DNA of 64,000 nucleotides. It comes from Felis catus (taxonomy: Eukaryota). Made by a program: the position numbers and the translations under genes. The notes under the pieces were generated by a model, which saw nothing but the letters and a program-made list of their open reading frames with translations, did no database searches and had not been told where the DNA came from. Positions 13,902 to 25,595 of this stretch are shown one piece after another (the stretch's first letter is position 1; each line of letters starts with the position of its first letter). The stretch is taken from assembly GCF_018350175.1 (NCBI RefSeq), contig NC_058373.1, positions 111,664,001 to 111,728,000 on the forward strand, written 5' to 3'.

Positions 13902-13960
13902 GATAAAAAGAGGAGTTTTACAGTTTTTCTGATTATTATTATTTTTTTTTTTCTGTTTCT
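13902..13960 (+). terminator. Distal variant poly(A) signal GATAAA with a U-rich downstream element
   Basis: GATAAA at 13902-13907, CA at 13921-13922, then tttttctgattattattatttttttttttctgtttct. Confidence 0.45.
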
Positions 13961-14959
13961 GATTGAGTGACTACTCAGGTCTTAGGTCAAAGAGTCATTA
14001 GTCCATTTTAACACTGAAAACTGAATTTAGTTGGTATGCATTACAAAGTTGCTAAGAATAATCTTTGAGAGCTTTTATTTTCTTACTTTGGGCATTGTTT
14101 GTTTGTTTTAATTGAATTAAATAATCACACTTCTTGCCCCAGAGGAACTGTGACTTCCATTTCCAAAACAAACAATTTCAGTCTTGTTGATAACATTTCT
14201 TATTGTCACTCTTTGTGAGTTGAGTCCTGTTGTTTTAGCCAGAAAGCAAGTTGTGCCCTTTCCTATCATGTCCTGCTTTTGAGAGTACCAGGAACCTTTG
14301 GAGCTGGGAAGCTGTCTCTGTTTCTAAAGTACATATCTCACAATATGTAGAATTATCCAAACAAAGGAGAAAGGAACCAGTGTGAGATCCAAAATGGGCT
14401 TGAGATTATCCTTTCCATATACTTCATTTAGTAATTCCATGAGAGAATCACTTCAAAAGACAAGACTTGGATGCCCTCTATGCTTTCTCTCTGAACATCA
14501 CTCTTCTCCTAGTAGAGTCACTTGCTATTTTCTGCAGCCTGCCTCCTTTAGATGTATGGCAAGAATATTTCATAGCATCTGTTCTACCTTCTGAAAAAAG
14601 AATTTGATCCATTAAGAACTAGTAGCAGACCTGGTTGAATACCAGGAATGCCAGACAGAAAACTCTTTCACATTCTCACTAAATGAAAATACCTATATGC
14701 AAAATGTCCCCACCAAACTTCCCTAAATTCTTTCTACTTCTCTCTGGTCAAGTCTTCCAAAGAGCAAAAACTACCTACCTATAGTGTCAGCATGCAACTT
14801 TCAATTTCGTTTTGGTACAAATAAAAGTCATTTGAAATAAAAATCTCCTCCTAAACAGAGATACTTTTGAATATGAGTTGTTTTCTAATTCCCATCTTAC
14901 TTGTCTTCAGAACGTGAGTCATTAATGATAGTATATGTTACTCTGCTTGTATTTCTCTG

Positions 14960-15700
14960 CTGAGACTTCCTGTTTTTATTCATGACAAGCAGGCTTTTGC
15001 TTTGCTTTAGTGAACATAGTTATACCTGCTTTAAAATTCTGCTAAATCCAACATCTGAATCATCTCACAGTTGGTTTCCATTGTTTGTCTTTTCTCTAGA
15101 GAAAGAGGCTTATTTTTCAGGTTCTTCAAATGCAGAGTGATTTTAGATTGTGTACAACTGAATGTTTTCAGTGTTTACTCTGTGAATTCTGTTATATTCC
15201 TCTGAAGAGAGTGCTGATTTTGTTTGCATTGGCAGGCATTTAACTTCATTGGCCTCAAACTACATTGTGTTTTAGGCAGCAGCTCAAATCTCATTTCAGT
15301 TCTTTTATCATTATCTGAACTCTGCCCCGCACATGTGTGGTTCAGGGGTCCGCCAGAGATTTGCATGGAGTTTACGCACAGAATTTGAGGTTCATTCTCT
15401 TTGGTTCTCTTTTTCTGAGATTTCCCCCTCACTTTCTAACAGCTGTGGTTGCTCTGAATCTTTGGTTTTCTCTGATTCTTCAACTGCAGTTTTCAGTCAG
15501 CCTAAAAGCCATAAAAATGGGAACTCACCTTGTTCCATTTCCTTCTTCTAAGTTTCAACCTGTCTCCAGAATCTGCCTGCTTTTTGTTCATTCTCCAGTG
15601 CCTTCAGGTAGTTTTTTGTGTCTTGTCAAGTTTATAGTTGTTATCATTTGGAAGTTCTGTTCAATAAGTGCTTAAACTTAACCATACCAGAGGCTAAACT
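14960..15700 (-). mobile_element. Ancient L1M/HAL1-type 5'-region fragment
   Basis: T-rich antisense L1-like sequence, e.g. tgctaaatccaacatctgaatcatctc...ttggtttccattgtttgtcttttctct and aatctgcctgctttttgttcattctccagtgccttc. Confidence 0.55.
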
Positions 15701-17882
15701 CTGAGGCAGAGACTTAAAATGAAAAAGCACAGTGTGGGAAGAGGGAACATAGTCCTGTGACAGCCTGTTTAGATTCTAGCCTTAATAGCTAAGCAGCCAG
15801 TTGCTTCAAGCAGGAAGGAAGATGAAGAACTAACCAAATTATTAAACCTGCAGGTGTGAAGGGCTAATGAATACTGCCGACCACATCTTCCTGAAAAGCT
15901 TTTCTGAGCCACTTTTTTGCAAATCATCATGTACATGATGGTGATTCTTCTTTTACACACTGCCATGTTGAGAGGGCTAACATTTCCTCACCACTGTTGG
16001 ACTTTCTCCATAAGGATGTGGTACTTAAAAACTGCATAGTTTTGAATTGAGTGACCAGTCCTAGACTAAGGAAGGTTTGGGTCTTTGACAAGGCGGTTAT
16101 AAATGGTCTTACCAAGGCTTTCCTGGCCCTACCCCTGAAGTCTGATTTTAGTACTGAGCTGGCGCTGACAGCTGTGAAAGGGCTTCCAGCCCTAATGAGG
16201 GTTTCTTGGTGTACCCAGTGAGTAACAGACTAGTTGTGTCCTTCTCTGAGCTTTAGTTTTTTCCTATTATATAGAGCCTAGCCTGTCTCCTGGGCTGCCT
16301 CTTAATTCAAGAGCATGAACAGCCTCAGCTTTTGAAAGGGTTGAGTGTTAAAAGAGAAAAAGCGCATTTAAAAAACAATCTCATATTGTTTTATTTAGTT
16401 CTGAGAAATTATAATCACTGTATATTCAGTAAGCAGGGAAAGCATTAGTCTAAATGGTGTACTAGAAAAATCTCTGCCTCAATAAGGAGAAATCTTTCTT
16501 AGTTGAAGAGGAATAGACAAGTCCTCTTTGACCATAGCCAACTGCCTGGTACTTCATTTGTGCTCCCAGTAGGCTGTGCAATAGCCAGGATCAATAGACC
16601 TGTACAGAACAGATGTATGGCTTGGGAATTTGAAGAATTTAGGGACTTGGCACCCAAATATATGGCAGATACAGACTCTAGGGAATTTTTAAATGCATTG
16701 CCCACAGGGAAACACAAAGGAGAGCTTGCCTCTATTCCTACTGGTTCCTGGCAGCATTTTCCGTCATGGAAACATGGAGGAGCTGTTGTTCCAGGGTCCT
16801 TGGCGGGGCAAAGGCAGGCCTTGTCAAGTTCTTGGCTTCAGCTGTCATTGACATTATGCATGTTTGAGCCCTGCCCTTTGACAGTGTGGATTCGTTTTTG
16901 GTTCTTTACACAGGTCAGAGTCTCTGACTCCAGGTCCCTCCAGGTCCCTGCTCAGCTATTCAGCCTTGCAATCTCTAGTCCATTTCAGTTGCCACCTGAT
17001 TTCTCTTCTCCTTATCCTTAAGTTAGGCAATCTTGATTTTGTATTCCTACCTTTACAGAGAATGATCTCATGTGAATGTTTCCCTTGTTACTATTCCATT
17101 CCTTATGCAGCTTCTCCCATAATTACTTACACAGACTATAGTTATGTCATTGACATCTCCAAGATGTAAAGGGAACCAGATATTCCCCTGGGAAGTTTTA
17201 GGTAAGGTATTCCTGGACCTGAGATATAATGAAGCTATGATACTATGTATTTGTGTCTATTTAAGCTAAATATTTCAAATATTTTTCTAAATCAGTGTTG
17301 CTGCGTTCAGGTGGAGCATAGCTAGGACATCTTTTGCGTAAATTATGTCAGCCTGGATGGAGCCTACACTTTTTTAAAAGCAATGTATCGAAGGCTATGG
17401 CCATAGCCATCTGATGTTTGGGAAGATAGCCGGGAAGAGAGTTCCAAGCTCCTACCATCCTCCTCTCATCTATAACTGTTCTCTGTGGCCTCTTCTCCAG
17501 CATCAGTGTCCCACAGAGGCTCTTGTTCCCTAACTGCCTGTGTGGGTAGAGAAAAGGCCATTAACAAAGGAAAAAGCTCTATGTTTGTTCATAACCCAGC
17601 TGCATATGAGAGCATCTGTGGAGGCTGGGAATGTGCAGTGTTTTGTACAGAAAGCACAGATAGTTTAGACTGTGGGTGTGGTCAGCAGCCTGAGGAATGC
17701 TGGGACTTTGAGCTTCTGGCTAGTCTTAACTTCTCTACTAGATTGCAGCCCCTAAGAATTGCTGGCCCAACAAAACAAATGAAGCAAAGGCAAAAGTTCT
17801 GTTTTGTTTCTCTTTGTCATAGTGCCTGCAGGCAGGTAATGTGCGTGTATCTCAGATCCAATGCGGGGAAAGAGCAACAGTA

Positions 17883-18180
17883 CAGTTGACCCTTGAACTG
17901 TGCAAGTCCACTTATATGTGGGATTTTTTTGATAAATACAGTTGGGTACTGTAAATATATTTTCTCTTACAATTTTCTTAATAACATCATCTTCAGCTTA
18001 CTTTATTGTAAGAATGCAGTATATAATACATATACAAAAAATATGTTAATCAATTGTTAATGTTATCAGTAAGGATCCTGGTCAAGTAAGCTGTTAGTAG
18101 TTAAGCTTGTGGGGAGTCAAAGATTTTCAACTGCTTGGGGGGTCAGCACCCCAACCCCCATATTGTTCAAGAGCCAGCTA
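17883..18180 (+). mobile_element. Tigger2a-type (TcMar) MITE
   Basis: TA|cagttgacccttgaac...tattgttcaagagccagcta|TA, with internal gcttactttattgtaagaatgcagtatataatacata and tagtagttaagcttgtggggagtcaaa. Confidence 0.85.
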
Positions 18181-18320
18181 TACTCACTGAAGATCATAGA
18201 ACTGGGGGATTCAGAATACTTAACCTTATGATTTTGACTCTGCCATTAAATATGGACAGGTCAGATAGTTTTCTAGAACTCTGTTTTCTTCATCTGTGGA
18301 ATGAATTGCTTGGATTTAAT

Positions 18321-18582
18321 CAGGATCTAAAAATGTTTATTGTCTGGTTGGATTCCACATGTCTAAAGAAGATAGATACTACTCAGCCTCAGCTGATTAT
18401 TGCCCCAACGACATAATGTGGCCAGATCCTTGTTTTCCAAGAGCAACAATACCTATTTGTTATGCAACATCTTCAAATTTTTAAATATTAGCAGCTAATT
18501 CAAAAACCACATAAAGCACTAAGGGGAGCACATAAGACATCTGTAGCCACTTTTCATCCGTGGTACATTGGTTTACAACCTC
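18321..18582. mobile_element. MER102-like hAT remnant
   Basis: gtggccagatccttgttttccaagag...tttttaaatattagcagctaattcaaaaa resembles the MER102 body. Confidence 0.45.
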
Positions 18583-19279
18583 CAGACTAGATCTAGAAGG
18601 TTCTTTCCTAACTTCAAGATCCTGTCTCCGGAAAGGATTGTTAACATGGGTAACAGCTGTATAATGCCCTCAGGTTCAGTTGCCACACATGTCCCAATTT
18701 CTTTGGAAATGTCTGCTTGGCTGGCTCTTATCCTAAGCTCAGAAGTAACCTAGTATGCTAAAGGACAGCCATGCTATGATAGCTTATACCCTAAGCCCCT
18801 CTCAGACTGGGCCTTGGGGACCCAAAGTGGGTCTTTTTCAACTGCCCTGACCACCAATCTTGATTTCCTACACTCAGAATTACAGACAGTCTATGACTCA
18901 ATAGGCCACAAAATGAGGTGCCACCTTAGGGAGTTCCTGCGATTTTTCTCCCATTACACCCAAATATTACAATACCAGACTACACTTCAAGTCTCTGGTC
19001 CTTGGTGTAGAGAGAGATATGAGGGCTCTTGGTAGTCTTTAAGGAAGCAGGGTGAGCTAGGAGGTACTGAATGACCGAAGAGGAGCTGGAATTGCTGCTT
19101 CTAAAAATGAGAAGATAGATTACCAACACATAGGTGGATAGATTTGACAAGTCATGAGTAATGCTTCAGCCTTGATTATTTAAAAAGTTAGCAGTGGTAA
19201 CTATGCAAGAACCAGATAAACCAGACTAATCTTGTTTCTTGTTTTCATACAGCTGTAGAGTAATAGAGAATTACAATAA

Positions 19280-19497
19280 GAGCTAGCACTTATTGAACAC
19301 TTTCTATGTACCTGGGGATTTTCTACGTACTTTACTGGGTTAATTTATAATCACCATAATCATAAGGTAGGTACTATCATTACCTTTTCTTTATTGACTG
19401 AGAAACTGAAGCACAGAAGTCTTAAGTAATTTGCCCATGGTGATAAAGTTAGAGGGCGGTAGAGCCAAGATCCAAATGCAGACAGCCTGGCTTTTAG
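19280..19497 (-). mobile_element. MIR SINE
   Basis: gcacttattgaacactttctatgtacc...gagaaactgaagcacagaagtcttaagtaatttgcccatgg. Confidence 0.8.
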
Positions 19498-19744
19498 CCA
19501 CTTCAAGGAATATTGTGTCTGTGCATACTGCTGTACTAAGATTTCAGCATGGCATTAGCCATCTTAACTGTGGGAAAGATAGAGCGTCTGGGGCTGCATG
19601 AGCACAGGCAGTCATATTAAGAATTAGCTGTATTTATTCAAAAGGTTTGGTTAACTCAAGTCTCTGCTGGTTTGCCATAGAGCCCTATCCTGACTTGTTC
19701 ACACAGTTCATTGATGCTTTGAAAAAGGACATTGATGGAAACAA

Positions 19745-19995
19745 TATGATGTAGTAGTTAAAAGTATGAGTTCTCTTTTCAACCTGTTTGCATTCAAATC
19801 CTGGGTCTTCTACCTGGCACTGTGAACTTGAGCAAATAACTTTACCTTTCTGTACCTCCATTTACCCATCAATTAAATGAAAATAGTAAGAGTAACTGCA
19901 TAAAGTTTTTGCGAGGATTAAATAAGTTGACCTATGAAAATTAACTCTTAGTTCAGTAACTTAGTACAAAGTTCAACAAATATGAGCAGTTATCA
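19745..19995 (+). mobile_element. MIR SINE
   Basis: gtagtagttaaaagtatg...ttcaaatcctggg...gaacttgagcaaataactttacctttctgtacctc...gaggattaaataag. Confidence 0.8.
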
Positions 19996-20000
19996 CTATT

Positions 20001-20229
20001 CTTTTTTTTTTTTTTTAAGTTTATTCATTTTTGAGTGATGGAGAGACGGAGTGCACGGTGGGGAGGGGAAGAGAGAGAGGGAGACACAGAATCCAAAGCA
20101 GGCTCCAGGCTCTGAGCTGTCAGCACAGAGACTGATGCGGGGCTCGGACCCACGAACCATGAGATTATGACCTGAGCCGAAGTAGGACACTTAACTGAGT
20201 GAGCCACTCAGCCCCCCACCCCCCACCCT
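20001..20229 (-). mobile_element. Can-SINE (SINEC_Fc type)
   Basis: Antisense poly(A) tail, (CT)-rich segment and tRNA-Lys head. TSD gttatcacta at 19989-19998 and 20230-20239. Confidence 0.93.
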
Positions 20230-21579
20230 GTTATCACTACTTGTATTTCCTTGTTGTCAAATTTTTTAGTAACTAGGAGCTGAGATAGTAATAAATTACA
20301 CTATTTGAGAGAGTCAGAATCCCTAAAATTTGCTTAAAAATTGAAATGAAAGGGTAAATCTAGCATATCATCAGGGCTAAGAATCACTGCATTAGGTAAT
20401 AAATATTAGAGCATTTAACATCTGTGCAGCTTACAAGTATAGTTTATTCTTAGATCCAGAAGGTCAGTTGGGTCTCAGTTCAGGCTATAGGAGATGTAAA
20501 TAAAGATTTAGAGAATTTAGTTGCCTGTAAATTCAGTATTGCCATTAGTGTCTGTGACTCTCCCTCCTCCCTTCCCCTCCCCCTAGAAAACAGGAGTCTC
20601 CTGACAGAGAAGGTGTTGAACTCTTGAATGTCACCTTGAGTCCTGTGCTTGGTACTTCATGATAGCATGTTCAGGTAGTGGTACAGCTGCTGTGTGAAGA
20701 GGGGACTAGGGTTGTTTTGTGTGACTCCAGTGTGCAGAAGCAGCAACAGTGAAAGTAAGCTTAATTCAACACATGAAAAGTGTGTTGATAATGATGCAAC
20801 CTCATTTAGGTGACAGCTTCCTGTTCCTTGCAGGGATGCCCAAGCAGGATTGGATGCCAAACAGAACCTCAAGCATGTAAGTGGGGTTAGATAACCAAGT
20901 CCCATTTCAGCCCTAGATTTCTAAAAAGGTTGCGAATTTGTGGTCATATTCTAGAGACTGAAATTCTAATAAGGTCATAAGTGGTTCCAACCTGAAGCTG
21001 CCCGGATTAGAAGCCTGGACAGCTTGATCTGGTAGCAAGGGGAACAAGGGTCTGTTTGACTAGGTATTAGCTATAACTGAGTAACTTAATTTCTTACCTA
21101 CTGGAAGAGGCTTTGCAAACCTCTGTTTAAATTTATCAACTCCTCCTTTGTTTACTTTCACACCTTTGTTTCTGGTAAAGCTTCTTTCATAGAGTCACAG
21201 TTTTGTTTCTATTAAACTAAGAAAAGAGGAATTGGTAGAGACAAAGGCCAAGAAAACTGTGGAGTCAGGGTTGCCTTGGAGGCCAAAAGTTGGGATGACA
21301 TCCCCCTCTGGACTAGATCTGACTTTTCCTTCCCGTTCAAGAAATCAAAACAAGCGTAAGTCTCTTCTGATCTATTTCATTATTTTTTAAGTAATATCCA
21401 TAAATGCTGGAAATTGTTTGCAGAGTACCTCACAATTAATTACTGCATACTGGTGGGTCACCACACCAAGAATGAAAACCTCTGAGGTGTGTTAAGGCCT
21501 AAAGATCAAGGGGTTTGAAATCAGTTCTAGTTTCGGGTTTACACAGGTTCAGTCTGAGGTCATGCTCTTTCAAGAAATT

Positions 21580-21786
21580 TTTTTAAATAATTTTTTAATG
21601 TTTATTTTTGATTAAGAGCACATGCACAGGGGTGGGGCAGAGAGAGGAGACAGATGATCTGAAGTGGGCTCCACACTGACAGCAGAGACAGCAGACAGCC
21701 CAGTGCAGGCTCGAACTCACGAACAATGAGATCATGACCTGGGCTGAAAGCCCACGCTTAACCAGCTGAGCCACCCAAGCTCCTGT
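21580..21786 (-). mobile_element. Can-SINE (feliform variant)
   Basis: gagatcatgacctgggctgaa...gagccacccaagc head. TSD tttcaagaaatt at 21568-21579 and 21787-21798. Confidence 0.92.
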
Positions 21787-21804
21787 TTTCAAGAAATTCT
21801 CTGT

Positions 21805-22008
21805 CAGTACTTGGCAAGCCATAGGCCACTGCCTTTTTTTGTAAGTAGAGGTTTACTGAAACAGAGCCACACCCATCATTTGCATACTGTCTGTGGCTGC
21901 TTTCAGGCTTCAACAGCAAAGGGGAGTAGTTCTGAATAATACTGTTATGGCCCAAAAGGCCTAAAATATTTACTGTCTGGCCTCTTGCAGAAAGTGTGCT
22001 GACCCCTG
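21805..22008 (+). mobile_element. MER58A (hAT-Charlie MITE)
   Basis: gaaacagagccacacccatcatttgcatactgtctgtggctgcttt...gcctaaaatatttactgtctggcc...gctgacccctg. Confidence 0.85.
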
Positions 22009-23016
22009 CTCTAAGTAATCCTGTCTTTTGTATTCAAATTGATGATCCAAAGGGGCTCAACATCCCAAAATACTGTTTGAATCATCAAAGAAAATTTTAA
22101 ATGTGGTAGTAGTATATTAGGGCAAATTGGATAAAGGTGCTCCCTGAGACAATTATTTTAATATACTTATTTTTATAACAAAACTCTCACTGCCATCTGC
22201 CAGAAAATTGCTTAATAAATATACAGATCCACAATGTCTACTGTATGAATTACCCTCCGCTGTACAACTATATACAGCAGCCTCAGTATAGTAATGTGAT
22301 CTGGTAAAAAGAACACTCTACTTGGAGAAATAGACGTGGGTTCTACTTGCAGCTCTGAGACGAAGCTGTTCGTATCTTGGTCAAGCTATGTAATCATCTA
22401 GATCTCGGTTTTCTCACCTTTAACATGGAGGTAGCCTATGGCTGTTGTTTTAGGAAATTAAATAAGATGATAGACATAAAATTGCTTTGTAAAAGACACT
22501 TAACAGCTCTGTGATATCAATCTCTAGTCATGTTTTGGGCAGCCTCTATAGTTCTACAACTGTAATAGGTCCCAAAGAGAATGAAGTCAGTTTATTTACA
22601 ATCTAACCGGAACTGCACTGGAAGTTACAGTCTAACATAAAAAGTTGTGTATACTTAAGCTAATTATCCTTTAGCTAAGGGACTTCTTCCACCTTCAGCT
22701 CTCCCCACCCTGAAGATGGAGTATGAAATACTGGTTCACATTTACTGGCCTGTTGTACACCAGGCATTGTACTAAGTTCTTAACATGCTTTATCTCATGT
22801 GCGTGATCTTCACATCACCCATGCGACGTAGTCATTATTATCCCCATCTTCACAGATAAGGAAAAACAATTACTGGCATTTACTTACTTACAATGTTCCA
22901 GACACGATTCTAAGTGCTTTCATATTTTAAATCATTTCATCCTCCTGATACCCTTTGACATATGTACTGCTACTATTTCTGTGTTTCATATGAGGAACTT
23001 TATTCAGAGATTAAAT

Positions 23017-23429
23017 CAGTGCTTTCCAATCTTTTTCACATTATGGCACACAAAATTCTAATCATTGGTTGGCATTCTGTGATAAACTTGGGGTTTTTAG
23101 AGCAACTGTATGGGGCTAGGTAAATTGAGTACATCTGTATTAATAATATGACTATCTGAGAGGATTTAGTGTAAGATCAGGAAAGGTATATGTGATGTAG
23201 TCAGCTCAGACTGCTCTAGGTACTAGGTGGTAAAGTATGCAATAAGGTAACAATTACGATAGTCAAAAAAAATCTCACAAGGTGCCATAGAAATAGTGTT
23301 CAAATGTAACTTCTGTTATAAAATGTTAAATAGCTACAAAAATTGCCTTAAATACTTTATCATAAAAAAAAGTACAACCAACAGTATTTTGTGGTGCACC
23401 TGCAAGTTATCCGTGTTTGGCAAGCTCTG
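23017..23429 (-). mobile_element. hAT-Charlie element (MER119/Charlie7-like) inserted into a MIR
   Basis: Imperfect TIRs cagtgctttccaa and ttggcaagctctg. Flanks gattaaat and agataaat resemble an 8-bp TSD. MIR sequence continues on both sides. Confidence 0.65.
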
Positions 23430-25009
23430 AGATAAATTATTTGCAAGGCAAATAGCTAATGGATGGTTGAGTAGAATCAAGACTTGAATCCAGAGCTGTC
23501 TGATCGGTAAATCTGTTCTTCAAGCCTCTAGCCTCTGTACAATCTTGCCCTTCCACAGTCAAGAGCCAGACCCCATTTATCCTTAGAGTATTTGATTACT
23601 TGAAGCTTAGTTGTCTAGACTCACTGTAAGGTAAATATATAATTAACCATGGCCTTCAATTAACCTTGTTCCCCTCCTCCATTCTCCCAATAATTTTGGA
23701 ACTAGCATTCCATCCTTCTTTGTATTCACTCTCTACCCATGTCCATAACAGGAGATAGAAAAGTGGGTGAGATAAGTGAAGATTCTGTGAATTGATAGGC
23801 AGCTGACTGTGCTCTGGAGATACCTGCTTTGGCTCACTCTCCCTTTGGGTGTCTACTTGCCTGCATCGACTGGAAGGTGAGTCCTAACAGAGTGTCCCTT
23901 CCCAGCTCAGCCTGCTGTGCTCACACAGAGATGCAAGTGTATAATCAGTGGCTACCAAGCTATCAATTACCCAGCCCCAAATGCAGGAGTTAACTCTAGA
24001 TTTGATTCTTTTTGCCTTCTGTGCTTCACAAGGTACACGTCTGAGCAGAAACAATTTCCCTGAGTGTGCTTCAGTCGGATTACTGTTGATGTTGGAGCTT
24101 TTCATTTATTTATATATAAATATAAATAAATATATTTATATGTTTTATGTATAATATGTAAAACATATATAGGTACATTATTTTAATATGAAGCTTGATA
24201 TTGCATGTGTGTTTTACCTGATGATGGTTTGTCTAATTTCCAAGCCTATTTGCATTTGAATTCATACTCCCAACTTCAAGGTAGGGAGAGCTGAAGATGA
24301 AGGTACAGATGGCATCTTAACTCTGGCTTTGTCTGGCATGCCGAATGACTGGTGTGTAGGCTGTGATATGTGGCAGGACATCTGGGGTAAGGTTAGTGAC
24401 CCATTAAGGTGTCCTGAGCTCTGATTAGACATAAGTTGGAGCCAGCAGGGCTGTCAACACTCAGTTTCTTTTTGATTAACATTCTGCCTCTTAACCCCTG
24501 GAGGCCACTTCTCCTTCTCACCTCCAAAAAAAGACAGAGTTAAAGCCTGAGGTCATTGCTCAGCAGAAGCCCCAGGAACTGATTGAGCTGGAAAGGGCCT
24601 CACTTAGCCTCTCTCAGTAGCCATTCCATTTTCAGAATCCTCTACTGCCAGGAGAGCTCATGCCCGGTAATATATGGAGCTCCTCAGCTGAAATGGCTCT
24701 CAGAGGAGCAGTTTCTCAAGGAAGTGAAGATGCTTATGAAAACCCATTGGTGAGGTAGGGAGGTCAGGGGAAAATAAGGTTAATTATTGCGGTGTTTTTG
24801 TTTTTGTTTTAGTCCATGTTGGAGGACGTATCCTCCAAATAAGGGAGTTGTGTTTTCTATTCTCATTGTGATTTGGTCTAGCTTACCTCAATAAGCTTTA
24901 GTCCATAAGCTCCTCACTCAGCCAAAATCATCTGATTCATCATTGTATTCCTAGTGCGTGCACAGTGAATAGCACATAGTAAGTGCTTGAAAATGTACTG
25001 TGCTATAAT

Positions 25010-25190
25010 AATTATGGATTTAATAATGCAATATCTTGGATTTGCTTTCATGTAATATGGGAGGAAGGGAGAATTGGGTAGAAGTGTAGATGAACCAAGA
25101 CTGACCATGAGATGAAAACTTGAAGCTGAGTGATATGTCTTGGGGGGTTGTTACACAATTCTCTCTAGTTTTGTTCAACATTTTCCATGA
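25010..25190 (+). mobile_element. L1M (L1MC/MD/ME) 3' end fragment
   Basis: ggatttgctttca...gtagatgaaccaagactgaccatgag...ttgaagctgagtgat...attctctctagttttt. Confidence 0.65.
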
Positions 25191-25238
25191 ACGATGTTTT
25201 TATCAGTATCTAGATTAAGTATAAAACATATTGAAAGA

Positions 25239-25595
25239 TATGGCAGAGACTGACCCAATGCCCCAGTCTCATCTTTTTCCTAGGCACATAGCTTGATTGC
25301 ACTTTGTAGTGACTTATGCTCCGGCCAGTAGAATGTGGACAGAAATAATATAAGCCTCTTCCAAACTGTGACCCTTATTCTACATCATCCTCTAAGCTTT
25401 CTCTCATCTTTTGCCTCCAGGCTAGATGCAGAAAATTAGTGAAGAACTCCAAACTTCTAGGCAATGATGAAGCCTAGGTGAATAATCCTAGACTTCTGAA
25501 TTACTTCATGGAACAGAACCACCTCCCACAGTCTGCCCGTGAACCTACAATGGGCTGTAATGTGACTAAGACCTAAGTCTTTATTGCATTAAAAA
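25239..25595 (+). mobile_element. MaLR LTR (MLT1I/J-like)
   Basis: tggcagagactg...cctaggcacatagc...ggccagtagaatgtggacagaa...tgaattacttcatggaacagaacc. Confidence 0.6.

Larger units (their letters stand above)
13145..13935 (+). other. FUT8: FUT8 3' UTR (3' end approximate)
   Basis: Follows the stop codon, has no recognisable repeat, and carries AATAAA at 13714 and 13812 plus GATAAA at 13902 followed by a U-rich tract (13924-13960). Confidence 0.8.
19150..20660 (+). mobile_element. L3/CR1 reverse-transcriptase remnant, interrupted by two MIRs and a Can-SINE
   Basis: Colinear decayed CR1-like motifs: ccagactaatcttgtttcttgttttcatacag (QTNLISF-like), gatttcagcatggcatt (DFSKAF-like), gtctctgctggtttgccatagagccctatcc (VSSGVPQGS-like), gtcaaattt, and aaagatttagagaatttagttg (KDLGVLV-like). 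Confidence 0.55.

Noticed and set aside
16503..17021. Longest unassigned ORF (172 aa); similarly 45678-46169 and 61408-61887
   Set aside because: No recognisable domain. The 16503 and 45678 ORFs start at TTG rather than ATG and the 61408 ORF overlaps an L2. ORFs of this length are expected by chance in 64 kb.
20768..20790. Hairpin TCAACACA-N7-TGTGTTGA as a structured RNA
   Set aside because: An 8-bp stem is expected by chance in a window this size, and there is no miRNA or snoRNA context.
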